Positions 1 to 8,640 of a stretch of 17,095 bases of DNA are shown here, one piece after another. The notes below the pieces were generated by a model. That model was not told the origin of the DNA and made no database searches. It saw nothing but the letters and a program-made list of their open reading frames with translations. A program made the translations under genes and the position numbers. The DNA lies in contig JAQBGU010000075.1 in NCBI GenBank assembly GCA_032128375.1, positions 1 through 17,095 of the forward strand, given 5' to 3'. Each line of letters opens with the position of its first letter. Positions within the stretch are counted from its first letter, which is position 1. This DNA comes from Deltaproteobacteria bacterium. Lineage in GTDB: Bacteria > Myxococcota_A > UBA9160 > SMWR01.

Positions 1-621
1 CTCGATCTTCTGGGTGCCGTCCGCATTGGCCCAGCTGTGGATCACGCCGCGCGTTCCGTACCTCTTCTGCAGCGCGGGATCCTTGAAGTAGTCGGGATGC
101 TCCGGTTCGTCCTCGGCGTTCAGGTGATAGAGCGAGCCGAAGAACTCGTCAAAACCGTGCGCGGTGGGCAGATGCGAATCGAGGTCGCCGAGGTGGTTCT
201 TTCCGAACTGACCGGTCATGTAGCCGCGCGCCTTGAGCAGCTCGGCGATGGTCACGTCTTCCTTCTGCAGGCCTTCCTTCGCTCCGGGCAGCCCGACCTT
301 GAGGTTTCCGGTGCGGTACGGCGACTGGCCGGTGATGAATGCGGCGCGGCCGGCGGTGCAGCTCTGCTGGCCGTACCAGTCGGTGAACATCACGCCTTCC
401 TCTGCGATGCGATCGATGTTGGGCGTCTGGTATCCCATCATGCCCTGGTTGTAGGCGCTGATGTTCCAGTAGCCGATGTCGTCGCCCCAGATCACGAGGA
501 TGTTCGGCCTGGGCTTCGCTTGCGCCTGCGCGATTGACGGCAAAGCCAAAGTGAAAAGCGCAATCAATGAGAATGTCGACCGAATCGGAAGTTTTTTCAT
601 CTGACAGATGGTTTTGCGCAT
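1..621 (-). CDS. Secreted arylsulfatase (formylglycine-dependent, Cys-type); N-terminal part, 3' end runs off the window
   Basis: Manual translation of the minus strand: (MRKTICQ)MKKLPIRSTFSLIALFTLALPSIAQAQAKPRPNILVIWGDDIGYWNISAY...TPNIDRIAEEGVMFTDWYGQQSCTAGRAAFITGQSPYRTG...GYMTGQFGKNHLG...HGFDEFFGSLYHLNAEDEPE. It has a Sec signal peptide (AQA), PNILVIWGDD, the CTAGR FGly motif and GKNHLG. Start is either ATG 621 (AAGGGGTG upstream) or ATG 600. Absent from the ORF track because it has no stop in the window. Confidence 0.95.
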   Translation of the reverse strand, partial: MRKTICQMKKLPIRSTFSLIALFTLALPSIAQAQAKPRPNILVIWGDDIGYWNISAYNQGMMGYQTPNIDRIAEEGVMFTDWYGQQSCTAGRAAFITGQSPYRTGNLKVGLPGAKEGLQKEDVTIAELLKARGYMTGQFGKNHLGDLDSHLPTAHGFDEFFGSLYHLNAEDEPEHPDYFKDPALQKRYGTRGVIHSWANADGTQKIE

Positions 622-840
622 TTCGAAACACACCCCTTTTGCTGGCTAACTAGTGGCACATCCGGAAAGTTCTGGTACATGCTGACAAAGGGATCACCAT
701 CGCGTTGTCCGACGGAGAAGAGCGTTCTGTCGGCTTCAATCATGGGTACCGAAACTTGGCGGGTGTTGCACTAGCACGTAGTACTCGGCCTCTACCAAGG
801 CGCGGAGAAAACTACCTCAGACGCTCGAGAAAATCGCGCG

Positions 841-1298
841 CCCGAAGCGCTCCAGATGCAGCGCTACGAACAGTGGGGCTCCGACAAGGGCTATCCACGC
901 ATGGCGGTCGGATGGGCGTGGGCCTTCGATTCGCGCTTCAAGTGGACCCAGAACCATCAGCGCCGAGATCACTGTCCCCAACGGCGGTGCGGAGACAATG
1001 ATCGTCACTTTGGGCGGCGGCTACGGCCTCTACCTGCTCGAGGGCAAGCCCGTCGTCGTCTACAACCTCCTCGATCTGGAACGCTTCCGCTGGGAAGGTG
1101 GAGTCGGAGGCGCAGTAGGAGAGGGCTTGTTGGGTCGCGCGCTCGAGCCAGGCAAACACACGCGCGTGTTCGAATTCAAGCACGCCGGCCCGGGGGCACC
1201 GGCAGCATCGACAAGCTGACCTTCAGCCCGGGCCGCCGCAGATGTCGGCGGCGGACCAGGCGTCCGCCGGAGAAGTCCTCGCCAGGGCCAAAGGCTAG
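841..1298 (+). pseudogene. Remnant of a long-type arylsulfatase with large internal deletions and frameshifts
   Basis: Frame 1 (841-951): QMQRYEQWGSDKGYPRMAVGWAWAFDSRFKWTQ, resembling the WGS..TYPH.A.GWAWAF.TPF.WTKQ block. Frame 2 (~953-1195): TISAEITVPNGGAETMIVTLGGGYGLYLLEGKPVVVYNLLDLERFRWEG...LEPGKHTRVFEFKHAGPG, the C-terminal beta domain. Then frame 1 GTGSIDKLTFSPG and frame 3 PPQMSAADQASAGEVLARAKG-TAG (1296-1298). No catalytic N-terminus is present. Confidence 0.8.
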
Positions 1299-1439
1299 AT
1301 GCGAGCCTCGACGCGGTGTGGAAGTTTCTGGCATTTTCGGTGGTCGCGAACACACTTGCGTTGGCTCCGACGGCAGAGCCATTTGTACCAGGATCAGCCT
1401 CGCCTGCCTCAGGCTACTCGACAGCGGGCAAACGACCTG

Positions 1440-3551
1440 TTAGCGACGTGCGCCCGAGTCGACGATGCGCCGGGTCGACGACTGAAGCTCGCCGAGCGCT
1501 GCCCGCATATCGGGTGTCGCCCGATCGCCGAATCGCTCGGCGAGGTAGCAGTCCGTCAACTGAGCGAACGCAGCTGTGGCGCGCTCGGGTTGGGTGTCGG
1601 CAACTCGCTGCAAGAAGTCGCGGGCACTCAGGGTTGGCGTGCGAACCAGCCCGCGTCGAGACAAGATTTGGAGTGCATCGCGGTAGTAGCGCGGGACGGA
1701 ATCGGACCGCGTTCCGTAGCGGAACTTCCACGCACCAGCGAGCACACCCGAAAGCGCCAGTAACACCCAGAATTCGCCGCGCCACTGGACCTTCCCGTCG
1801 GCGCCGGCCCGCCAGATCTTCGGTTTGGACGCTGGCGTCCGCTCATCACCGATACCGCGGAAGCTGCGCCACGCGAGCCATGCGCTTTTGAGCGCATGCA
1901 TCTGATCCGAGCGATCGAAGCCGACGATGCGCTGAAACCACCAGTACTCGATGGCGCTGGCCAATTGTGCCATTTGCCCGGAAATCGACAACAGCGGCTC
2001 CGCACGCTGGCGCAGATCCGGAGGCGTGGCGTCATAGCGAACCCAGCCATTTCGCGCGTAGTGTACTTCGACCCACGCGTGGGCATCGGACCGCGACAGT
2101 TCGACGAAGCCACCGATCTTGTTCCTGCTTCCGCCGGCGAAGCCGTTGACCAGACGGGCGGGTATCTCGAGGCTGCGTGCCAGAACGACCAATGCGGTTG
2201 CGTAGTACTCGCAGTGTGCCGACATATTGTCGAGCAAGAAGGCTTCCAACGCCGTCCTGCCAGACGCCTCATCGACTTTCGGCGGCGTGTCGGAGTAGCG
2301 TCCGTTGATCAGCAGGTGGGTCCCGAGCGCTGCGATGCGATCCGCATCGGTCGTCTTGTCGGCGGCAATCGAGTGCGCGAGCGCCGATATTTCTGGCGAG
2401 AGATCGGGCAGCTGGAGATAGCGCTCACCGTCGCGCATCGGAGGGGTCGTCGTATCGTTGCGAAGCGCGGCGTGGTCCTTATGCATGGGTTCGGTGCTGA
2501 TGGTGTACCGCAGGCGATCGTCACTTTGGCCGGCAGCGTAGAGGCCGCCGTTGACATCTCGCTCCAATGTGTGAATGCCGCCCCTCAGCGCGTGGCGAAA
2601 TCCCGCTCCAAATATCACGCTTCCGGATACCGGCTCGCGAACGATCCGCTGAACCAGCTTGGGCGAAGAGTCGTTCGCGCCCAGCTGAACGCCGAGTTCG
2701 GGAGCTCCACCCACGCCGTACTTCAGTTTCGGGCTGACTGACCACGACACGCCGTCGAAATGGTCGAACGCGAGTCCGGACCAATAGGCGTCGGTGTGGC
2801 CGGGCGGGTTGCCCTCGAGCGTTTCCACGCGCAGAACGATCGTCGAGTCCTGGCGGATCGCCCCCAGCGCGCCCAGTACGACGGTATCCGAGAAGCCCGC
2901 GGTCGCAAGCATGGACCCCAGCGCTGAACTCTTCAGAATCGAAGAGTGGAGCCTTGGCAACATCATGAATAACACCAGTGCGAGCCCGATGGACGCGCCC
3001 GATGCAAAGAGTGTCACGCGCAGCAGGCCGGGAGTGAGGGCGCGGCTGGCCGAGGGATCGTCCGCCTCCAACGCCTCGGAGCGAATGGTGTGAACCAGCA
3101 GTGTCCAAACAGTAGAGAACAGGAAAACCAACAGCAGGGGTGTGAAGAACACGCTGTCGGTCAGGTTCGAAGCGAGAACGACCTGAAATAGTGCGAGTGC
3201 AACCAACAGGAATTCGGTCTTGCGGGGACGCGCATCGATCAGCTGTAAGCCCTGTGAGAGCGCCGCGAAGTGGGCGAGGCCGAGTGTCGACGGTCCCCCC
3301 TCGAGCGCGACTTGAATCGTCGTGCCAGTGATGAACATCATTCCGACGTTCAGCGCGATATCGCTACGCTGCCAACGGAACGGGCGCTTGCGCCGCCAAA
3401 ACGACAACGCGATGGCGAGTGCCTGGGTGAGCATCGTCCACACCGCCAGCTGCTCGGTGATCCACAGCATCGCGCTCGCCACGATGACCATCGCCCAGGC
3501 GGCCGACGGTCGCGGATCTCCGACTTGGGCTCGAAACGAGCGCCGACTCAC
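1440..3551 (-). CDS. TgpA-like membrane transglutaminase-family protein (N-terminal DUF3488-type TM region + transglutaminase core)
   Basis: Multi-TM N-terminus; catalytic triad motifs AHCEYYATALVVLARSLEIPARLVNGF, DAHAWVEV and GWVRYDATP; C-terminal TM plus tail; 4-bp overlap with the upstream DUF58 gene. Confidence 0.92.
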   Translation of the reverse strand: MSRRSFRAQVGDPRPSAAWAMVIVASAMLWITEQLAVWTMLTQALAIALSFWRRKRPFRWQRSDIALNVGMMFITGTTIQVALEGGPSTLGLAHFAALSQGLQLIDARPRKTEFLLVALALFQVVLASNLTDSVFFTPLLLVFLFSTVWTLLVHTIRSEALEADDPSASRALTPGLLRVTLFASGASIGLALVLFMMLPRLHSSILKSSALGSMLATAGFSDTVVLGALGAIRQDSTIVLRVETLEGNPPGHTDAYWSGLAFDHFDGVSWSVSPKLKYGVGGAPELGVQLGANDSSPKLVQRIVREPVSGSVIFGAGFRHALRGGIHTLERDVNGGLYAAGQSDDRLRYTISTEPMHKDHAALRNDTTTPPMRDGERYLQLPDLSPEISALAHSIAADKTTDADRIAALGTHLLINGRYSDTPPKVDEASGRTALEAFLLDNMSAHCEYYATALVVLARSLEIPARLVNGFAGGSRNKIGGFVELSRSDAHAWVEVHYARNGWVRYDATPPDLRQRAEPLLSISGQMAQLASAIEYWWFQRIVGFDRSDQMHALKSAWLAWRSFRGIGDERTPASKPKIWRAGADGKVQWRGEFWVLLALSGVLAGAWKFRYGTRSDSVPRYYRDALQILSRRGLVRTPTLSARDFLQRVADTQPERATAAFAQLTDCYLAERFGDRATPDMRAALGELQSSTRRIVDSGARR

Positions 3552-4675
3552 GTGACCGCCGCTAGAGAGTGAGCAGCGGTGTGGTCGCCTTCGTGCGAGG
3601 CTTCGACCTCGCAGTGGTCCGGTCGCACCAGCGCCAGGAACGACAGCAGGGTAGCGCGCTGCCGCTGTCCATCAGCAGATGGGATGAACTGACGATCGGT
3701 TCGCAGCGAAACTCGCGTCCCGTAGTCCAGCAGGGAACTGACTTCCGAAGCCGCCCAGCGGATCGCTCGTTCGAAAGCCTCGCCTTCGATCACGTCTCGC
3801 GTTCGCAAACGCACTTCGAATTCAGCGTCCCGCTCGCTCTCGACTTCTCGTGTCAGCAGTTCGCGTTTTCGGATCGACGCGCGCCAGTGAATCCGACGCA
3901 CCGGGTCACCGGCCCTGTAGCCACGCAAGCCGACCGCTTCCGAACCGACACCGACCGGTGACGAAATCTGTTCGCCGCTGCCCCGTGGGCTACCGAGAAT
4001 GGCCCGCGCATCGACGGGTTCGAGTGCCGGGTAAACCAGTGCCGACTGGCGTGCCGAGATTTTCAGGGACTTCGAGAAAAGCCCGAAAGGGAACCTTGTA
4101 AATACCTGAAATTCATCGAAATTCAGTATGCCGCGCTGCTCGGGCTCGAAGCGGTAGTGCCGACGGACGGTTTCGCCGGGCGCAATTCGCAGTGCAAATG
4201 CGCGGCCGGCTTCGATCGCCCCTGCGGATTGCCATGACGCGTGGTCCACGACAACGATCGCGAAAGCCGCGACGCGTCGCTGGTCGTTGGTGACTTCCAG
4301 AACGACCGAGCAACTGGATCCAGCTTCGAGTTCGCGTGGGACGCGGCGACGCACGCGCACGCCGCGAAGTGAGGATTCCGACAACACACCCGACAATACG
4401 AGAAATGCCAGCAACAGTGAGAGTACCAGGTAGAGCAGGTTGTTTCCGGTGTTCAGTGCAGCGAAGCCGACCCCGATCGTGATACAGAAGAACAACCAGC
4501 CAGCCCGCGTGGGTCGAAGCATGCGCGGTGGACGAAGCCAACGTTGCACGCGGGAAGGGACGGGAATCGATTCGCGTCGCGGCGGATGTTTCTGATCGCG
4601 ACCCAGCTGAGGGCTCTTATCGCGACTCAGCTGAGGGCTCTTATCGCGACCCAGCTGAGGGCTCTCGCCGTTCAA
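3548..4675 (-). CDS. DUF58 domain protein (MoxR partner)
   Basis: PTRAGW...AALNTGNNLLYL, TRFPFGLF, LVYP, GLRGYRAGDPVRRIHWRAS. Likely start is TTG at 4675, overlapping the moxR TGA (TTGA); the ORF track extends it to 4717. Confidence 0.9.
   Translation of the reverse strand: MNGESPQLGRDKSPQLSRDKSPQLGRDQKHPPRRESIPVPSRVQRWLRPPRMLRPTRAGWLFFCITIGVGFAALNTGNNLLYLVLSLLLAFLVLSGVLSESSLRGVRVRRRVPRELEAGSSCSVVLEVTNDQRRVAAFAIVVVDHASWQSAGAIEAGRAFALRIAPGETVRRHYRFEPEQRGILNFDEFQVFTRFPFGLFSKSLKISARQSALVYPALEPVDARAILGSPRGSGEQISSPVGVGSEAVGLRGYRAGDPVRRIHWRASIRKRELLTREVESERDAEFEVRLRTRDVIEGEAFERAIRWAASEVSSLLDYGTRVSLRTDRQFIPSADGQRQRATLLSFLALVRPDHCEVEASHEGDHTAAHSLAAVT
4595..4666. repeat. 3 x 24-bp tandem repeat (ATCGCGACyCAGCTGAGGGCTCTy) in the DUF58 5' end, encoding (SPQL[G/S]RD[K/Q])3
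   Basis: Units at 4595-4618, 4619-4642 and 4643-4666 are directly adjacent, with one mismatch each relative to unit 1. Confidence 0.95.
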
Positions 4676-5694
4676 AGCGGAATCGGGATCGAGTCCACAA
4701 TTTCGCGGATGATCCACGGGGTTTCCTCGACCGCACGGGTTCGTCTCGAGCGCGGGTCGACTGTGACGCGATGTGCGAATACGTCGACGGCGAGGTCACG
4801 CACGTCTTCGGGAATGCAATAGTCGCGACCGTCCACGAGGGCATGCGCTTGTGCGGCACGCCGCATCGCGATCGCTCCGCGCGGCGAAACTCCGATCTCG
4901 AGAGCTTCGTGCTCGCGGGTGTCGGCGACGATAGAGAGCAGGTACGCGACGATGGCCCCGTCGAACTTCACGGCGCTCGCCGCGCGCTGAAGCCCGAGCA
5001 CATCGGCGCCCGTCACCACGGGCTCGAGCCGCGGCAACTCGGTGGCGGCGGGGTCGTCGCGCAACACCGCGGCCTCGTCTGCCGGACTGGGATAGCCGAT
5101 GCCGACGCGAACCAGGAATCGATCGAGTTGCGATTCGGGCAAGGGGTGTACGCCGTGATGCTCGAGCGGGTTTTGCGTGGCGACGACAAAATGCGGGAGC
5201 GAAAGCGCGTGAGTGACGCCGTCGATCGAGACGCTGCGCTCGGCCATCGCCTCGAGCAACGCAGACTGCGTCTTGGGACTGGCGCGATTGATTTCGTCTG
5301 CGAGCACGACGTTGGCGAAGATCGGTCCGCCTTGAAACGAAAACGCGCCGGTCGGGATACCGTCCCGGCTCTCGGGTATCGATGTGCCAAGAACATCGCT
5401 CGGCAGTAGGTCACTGGTGAACTGGATGCGAGCGAACTTCGCGTCGATAGAGCGCGCCAGAGCTCGTGCGAGCGTCGTCTTTCCTACGCCCGGGACGTCC
5501 TCGATTAGCAGGTGGCCGCCGGCAATCAAGGTCTCGACCACGCGGCGAACGACTTCGGGTTTCCCGCGCAGCGCGCGCTCGACGTTGGCGCGGATGCGTC
5601 CAGTCAGCGCTGCCGCGGTGCCCGAATCCAGCTGCGGGAGGTCATCGGTCGAAAATGCTTCGGGTTGCAAGAGGGTGTTGTTAGTGTCGGACAC
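4672..5694 (-). CDS. moxR: MoxR-family AAA+ ATPase
   Basis: GHLLIEDVPGVGKTTLA (Walker A), RIQFTSDLLPSD, VLADEINRASPKTQSALLEAM (Walker B), ATQNPLE, PLPESQLDRF, GVSPRG; first gene of the MoxR-DUF58-transglutaminase operon. Confidence 0.96.
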   Translation of the reverse strand: MSDTNNTLLQPEAFSTDDLPQLDSGTAAALTGRIRANVERALRGKPEVVRRVVETLIAGGHLLIEDVPGVGKTTLARALARSIDAKFARIQFTSDLLPSDVLGTSIPESRDGIPTGAFSFQGGPIFANVVLADEINRASPKTQSALLEAMAERSVSIDGVTHALSLPHFVVATQNPLEHHGVHPLPESQLDRFLVRVGIGYPSPADEAAVLRDDPAATELPRLEPVVTGADVLGLQRAASAVKFDGAIVAYLLSIVADTREHEALEIGVSPRGAIAMRRAAQAHALVDGRDYCIPEDVRDLAVDVFAHRVTVDPRSRRTRAVEETPWIIREIVDSIPIPL

Positions 5695-5819
5695 CAGAGC
5701 CTATTCGGCGGTTGCATGCCGCTACCTGAGATGTGGACCCCAGCTAGGCGCTTCTGCCGGTGCGCGAGGGTATGTTGCCGGGTCGTGTGAAGCTTGGAAA
5801 CTGCGCAATATGGATCGGT

Positions 5820-6950
5820 TCAATGCGGATCGTCTACTCCAGACGCGAGCAACGCGGATTTCGGGTCGTCGGCATCGGCCGAAGCCGCGAGAAGCGCGAT
5901 GAATCGCGGCAGGTCGCCCGCGAGTTCGCGGAGCCGCGTCGCATATTTTTCGATATCCGATGAATAGGTCCCGATCAGGGCGAGGCACGCGTCGTTCAAT
6001 TGGAGTTGGCTGGCCAGCACCACTGCATCCTGGTTGGCCAGGGGGAGCGTCGCCACTCGCTCGCGGGCCGCTTGCTCGAGTGCACTGCGCTGCGGCCCGG
6101 GATCGACCGAGGAATTCTCGTATAGCGTCGAAACCTGCTCGCGAAAGCGCAGCAGCTCAGAATTGATACAGCGATGATCTGTGATCTCGCTTTGCCGCTG
6201 GCGGGCCATTTCGGATTCGCCGGCCATCCGATAGAACAATACGCTGGCTTCCTGGCCGATGAAAGTCGCGACACCTTCGTTGAAGTCGGCGTGGTTCGAC
6301 ACGTATACGGTCGCGTGCACGAGTTCGTGGAAAATCGTTTCGAGCAACTCGCCGCTGTCGCGCCGCAACATCGGGCCGGTGATCGGGTCGTCCAGCCAGC
6401 CCAGGGTCGAGTAGGCACGCACGCCGAATTCGCAGACATCCAGTCCCTTTTCACGCAGGCGAGCGGCTTCTGCAGCTGCGCGCTGTGGGGCGAAGAACCC
6501 CTTGTAGGGCAGCTCGCCGATAATCGGAAACCAGAAGCCCGCGGGCGTGACTTCGCGCGGACGGGTGGCGACCAGCGTGGTGACGATCCGGTCGCCGGGC
6601 CACGCGACAAAACTCGTGTACTGTCCGCCGACGTCGAGACCAAGCCCGATCGCGAACTCGCGAGCGAGTCCGACCAACTCGAGTCGTTCACGAATATCGG
6701 ACGAGGTTTCGGGATCGATCAGCACCGAGTCGATGGGCTTGCGCGCAAGTAGTAGTCGGGTCTGCCCGATAGCGACGCGGCTCAAGTAGCAACCCGAGGA
6801 ACTCAACAAGATGGCGAGCGCGAAGGCTGCGAACAGGAGTGGCGCATACCTGTGTATCGAGGTTTGCGTGGCGGATTCCGATGTGGCAGAGATCCTCGCA
6901 GCCGAAGCATTCGAGGCGGGTACTGCGGGGATCGAGGAGCGCGAGGGCAC
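5820..6950 (-). CDS. Putative zinc aminopeptidase lipoprotein (DUF2265/Aminopep-like); start uncertain
   Basis: Hydrophobic stretch followed by SSGC-Y lipobox-like motif; WFPIIGELPYKGFF, AYSTLGWLDDP, IFHELVH (HExxH), FNEGVATFIG. The first ~33 residues of the ORF look non-native. Confidence 0.85.
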   Translation of the reverse strand: MPSRSSIPAVPASNASAARISATSESATQTSIHRYAPLLFAAFALAILLSSSGCYLSRVAIGQTRLLLARKPIDSVLIDPETSSDIRERLELVGLAREFAIGLGLDVGGQYTSFVAWPGDRIVTTLVATRPREVTPAGFWFPIIGELPYKGFFAPQRAAAEAARLREKGLDVCEFGVRAYSTLGWLDDPITGPMLRRDSGELLETIFHELVHATVYVSNHADFNEGVATFIGQEASVLFYRMAGESEMARQRQSEITDHRCINSELLRFREQVSTLYENSSVDPGPQRSALEQAARERVATLPLANQDAVVLASQLQLNDACLALIGTYSSDIEKYATRLRELAGDLPRFIALLAASADADDPKSALLASGVDDPH

Positions 6951-7710
6951 CGATGGTATCCGGCTGCTGCTCTATGCGCCGGTTGCCGCGGAAGCGGAAG
7001 TCCAGGCCGCCATTGCTCGCGCAGCTCCCGGAGCGCGCGTCAGCCCATCGGAACGGATCGCCGAAGCAGATTGGAGCGAGCAATGGAAGTTGGGTTTGAA
7101 GGCGGCAGAGATATCGCCGCGCTTGCTGGTCCGCCCGTCGTTTGTCGAGGCTGTGCCGAAGCCTGGCCAGGCCGAGCTGATCATCGATCCGGGCCAGGCG
7201 TTCGGAACCGGCGGACATCCCTCGACGCATCTGTCACTCGAGTGGATCGACGCGCTACAGCCGGCGCTCGAATCGCTCAACCGGAACTGGCGGCTGCTCG
7301 ATGTCGGTACCGGTACGGGCGTGCTGTCGTTGGCCGCACTCCGGTTCGGGGCCCGGATTGTCTTCGCGTTCGATCTGGATCCGCTGGCGACGGAAGCCGC
7401 ATGCGCCAATGCACGCGCCAACGGTATCGAGAGCGGCCTCGAAGTGTTTGTCGGCTCACTCGACGCGGTGGCAGATGCGACCTTCGATCTGGTCGTAGCG
7501 AACTTGTTGCGGACGGAGTTGATGCCGCTGATCGATGCAATCGCCGCGCATGTGCGCCCCAGAGGACACGCAGTACTTGCCGGATTGCTACGCGATGAGT
7601 GCAAACTGGTGATTGCCGCCGCGCAGGCGGCGGGCTTGTCCCACAGCGGAGAACGCGAGATGGCCGACGCCAACGGCGACGTGTGGACTGCGCTGCTCAT
7701 GACTCGCTGA
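6811..7710 (+). CDS. prmA: 50S ribosomal protein L11 methyltransferase
   Basis: DWSEQWK, IDPGQAFGTGGHPST, LLDVGTGTGVLSLAA, FDLDPLA, FDLVVANLL. Confidence 0.93.
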   Translation: MASAKAANRSGAYLCIEVCVADSDVAEILAAEAFEAGTAGIEEREGTDGIRLLLYAPVAAEAEVQAAIARAAPGARVSPSERIAEADWSEQWKLGLKAAEISPRLLVRPSFVEAVPKPGQAELIIDPGQAFGTGGHPSTHLSLEWIDALQPALESLNRNWRLLDVGTGTGVLSLAALRFGARIVFAFDLDPLATEAACANARANGIESGLEVFVGSLDAVADATFDLVVANLLRTELMPLIDAIAAHVRPRGHAVLAGLLRDECKLVIAAAQAAGLSHSGEREMADANGDVWTALLMTR

Positions 7711-8593
7711 GTTCGCTCCGCCAGTAGTCGAGCATGCTCGAAAGCGTGGTTTCAATCGGGATCGAGGGCTTCCAACCCGTTGCGGCCCGAATCCGACCGG
7801 GGTCGCCCACGGAATAATCAGTCGGGCGCACGAGTGCCGGGTCGATTTTGATCGCGGGCCGTTGGCTCGCGTGTGCGAGCAAACCTTCGAGGAGTTCGCC
7901 GATGCTGCGGCCAATGCCACCGGCGACATTGTAGACGCGCGGGGCGACACGGCGATCGAGCAACAGCCGGTAGGCCTCGACGACGTCGTTTACGTCGATG
8001 ATGTCGCGGACGGACTCGAGGTTGCCAACGTGCATCACCGGTTCGCGCATACCGAGTTCGACCTGAGCGATTTGTCTCGCAAAGCTCGAAAGTACGTAGG
8101 TCGGGGACTGGCCTGGACCTGCATGATTGAATGCGCGGACACTCACCACGTCGACGCCGGCGTTCGAGTATGTACTCGCAAGTTGTTCGGCTTCGGCCTT
8201 GCTGCGGGCATAAGCGGACCCCGGATGCAGCGGCGCGTCTTCGGCGAAAGGGGGCGAGCCGGGGCGGGTGGTCCCATATTGATCCCCTGAGCCGATCAGC
8301 AACAAGCGAGGCCGCGACTCGCAGTGCAGCGCGGCCCGAAGCACGGACAAGGTTCCGAAATAATTCACGCGATGTGTCAGCGCTGGCGCGGATCGCGATA
8401 GACTGACCGAGGCTTGGGCGGCCAGGTGAATGACCGCGTCGGGTTTGTCGCGATCGAACGCCGCCTGTACGGCGTCGCCGTCGACAACGTCGAGTTCGAG
8501 ATCGTACGCTGTGACTCTCCAGCCCTCGGCCAGCAGCCGAGGCACCAGGTGGCAGCCGACGAATCCGCTCGCTCCGGTGATGAGTGCATGCAC
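7697..8593 (-). CDS. Extended SDR NDP-sugar reductase/dehydratase, most like GDP-6-deoxy-D-lyxo-4-hexulose reductase (Rmd) / Gmd family
   Basis: ALITGASGFVG, IHLAAQASV, YARSK (YxxxK), RAFNHAGPGQ, VGNLESVRDIIDV, YNV, TGWKPSI; 14-bp convergent overlap with prmA. Confidence 0.85.
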   Translation of the reverse strand: MHALITGASGFVGCHLVPRLLAEGWRVTAYDLELDVVDGDAVQAAFDRDKPDAVIHLAAQASVSLSRSAPALTHRVNYFGTLSVLRAALHCESRPRLLLIGSGDQYGTTRPGSPPFAEDAPLHPGSAYARSKAEAEQLASTYSNAGVDVVSVRAFNHAGPGQSPTYVLSSFARQIAQVELGMREPVMHVGNLESVRDIIDVNDVVEAYRLLLDRRVAPRVYNVAGGIGRSIGELLEGLLAHASQRPAIKIDPALVRPTDYSVGDPGRIRAATGWKPSIPIETTLSSMLDYWRSELSES

Positions 8594-8624
8594 AGCCTGC
8601 AGCCTGCCAGACCGAGCAATGCTG

Positions 8625-8633
8625 TGCTATAGG
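8625..8633. promoter_or_regulatory. Possible extended -10-like element (TGcTATAGG) with palindromic CTATAG core in the 47-bp divergent spacer
   Basis: Lies 7 nt before ATG 8641, which has no Shine-Dalgarno (leaderless-like spacing). It lacks the conserved last T of TATAAT. Confidence 0.25.
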
Positions 8634-8640
8634 CCGCCGC

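Noticed and set aside
37..631. ORF-track entries 37..537 (+), 149..631 (-) and 233..454 (+)
   Set aside because: Shadow or alternative frames of the arylsulfatase gene, which has clear motifs in another minus-strand frame.
650..775. Sigma-54 promoter candidates (TGGCAC, TGGTAC, TGGC...TTGC) and a 9-bp hairpin at ~709-733
   Set aside because: GG-to-GC spacing does not fit -24/-12. The hairpin has G-U pairs and no U-tract, so it is not supportable as a terminator.
705..1891. ORFs 705..1001, 856..1443, 998..1219, 1299..1763 and 1316..1891 as real genes
   Set aside because: The recognisable parts are sulfatase pseudogene fragments; the rest is Arg/Pro-rich non-coding-frame translation or antisense to the transglutaminase.
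4595..4666. 24-bp repeats as a mini CRISPR array
   Set aside because: The units are contiguous with no spacers, are in frame within a CDS, and no cas genes are present.
1440..5694. MoxR-DUF58-transglutaminase operon as a novel system
   Set aside because: A well-known conserved arrangement (e.g. the Pseudomonas aeruginosa tgpA operon).
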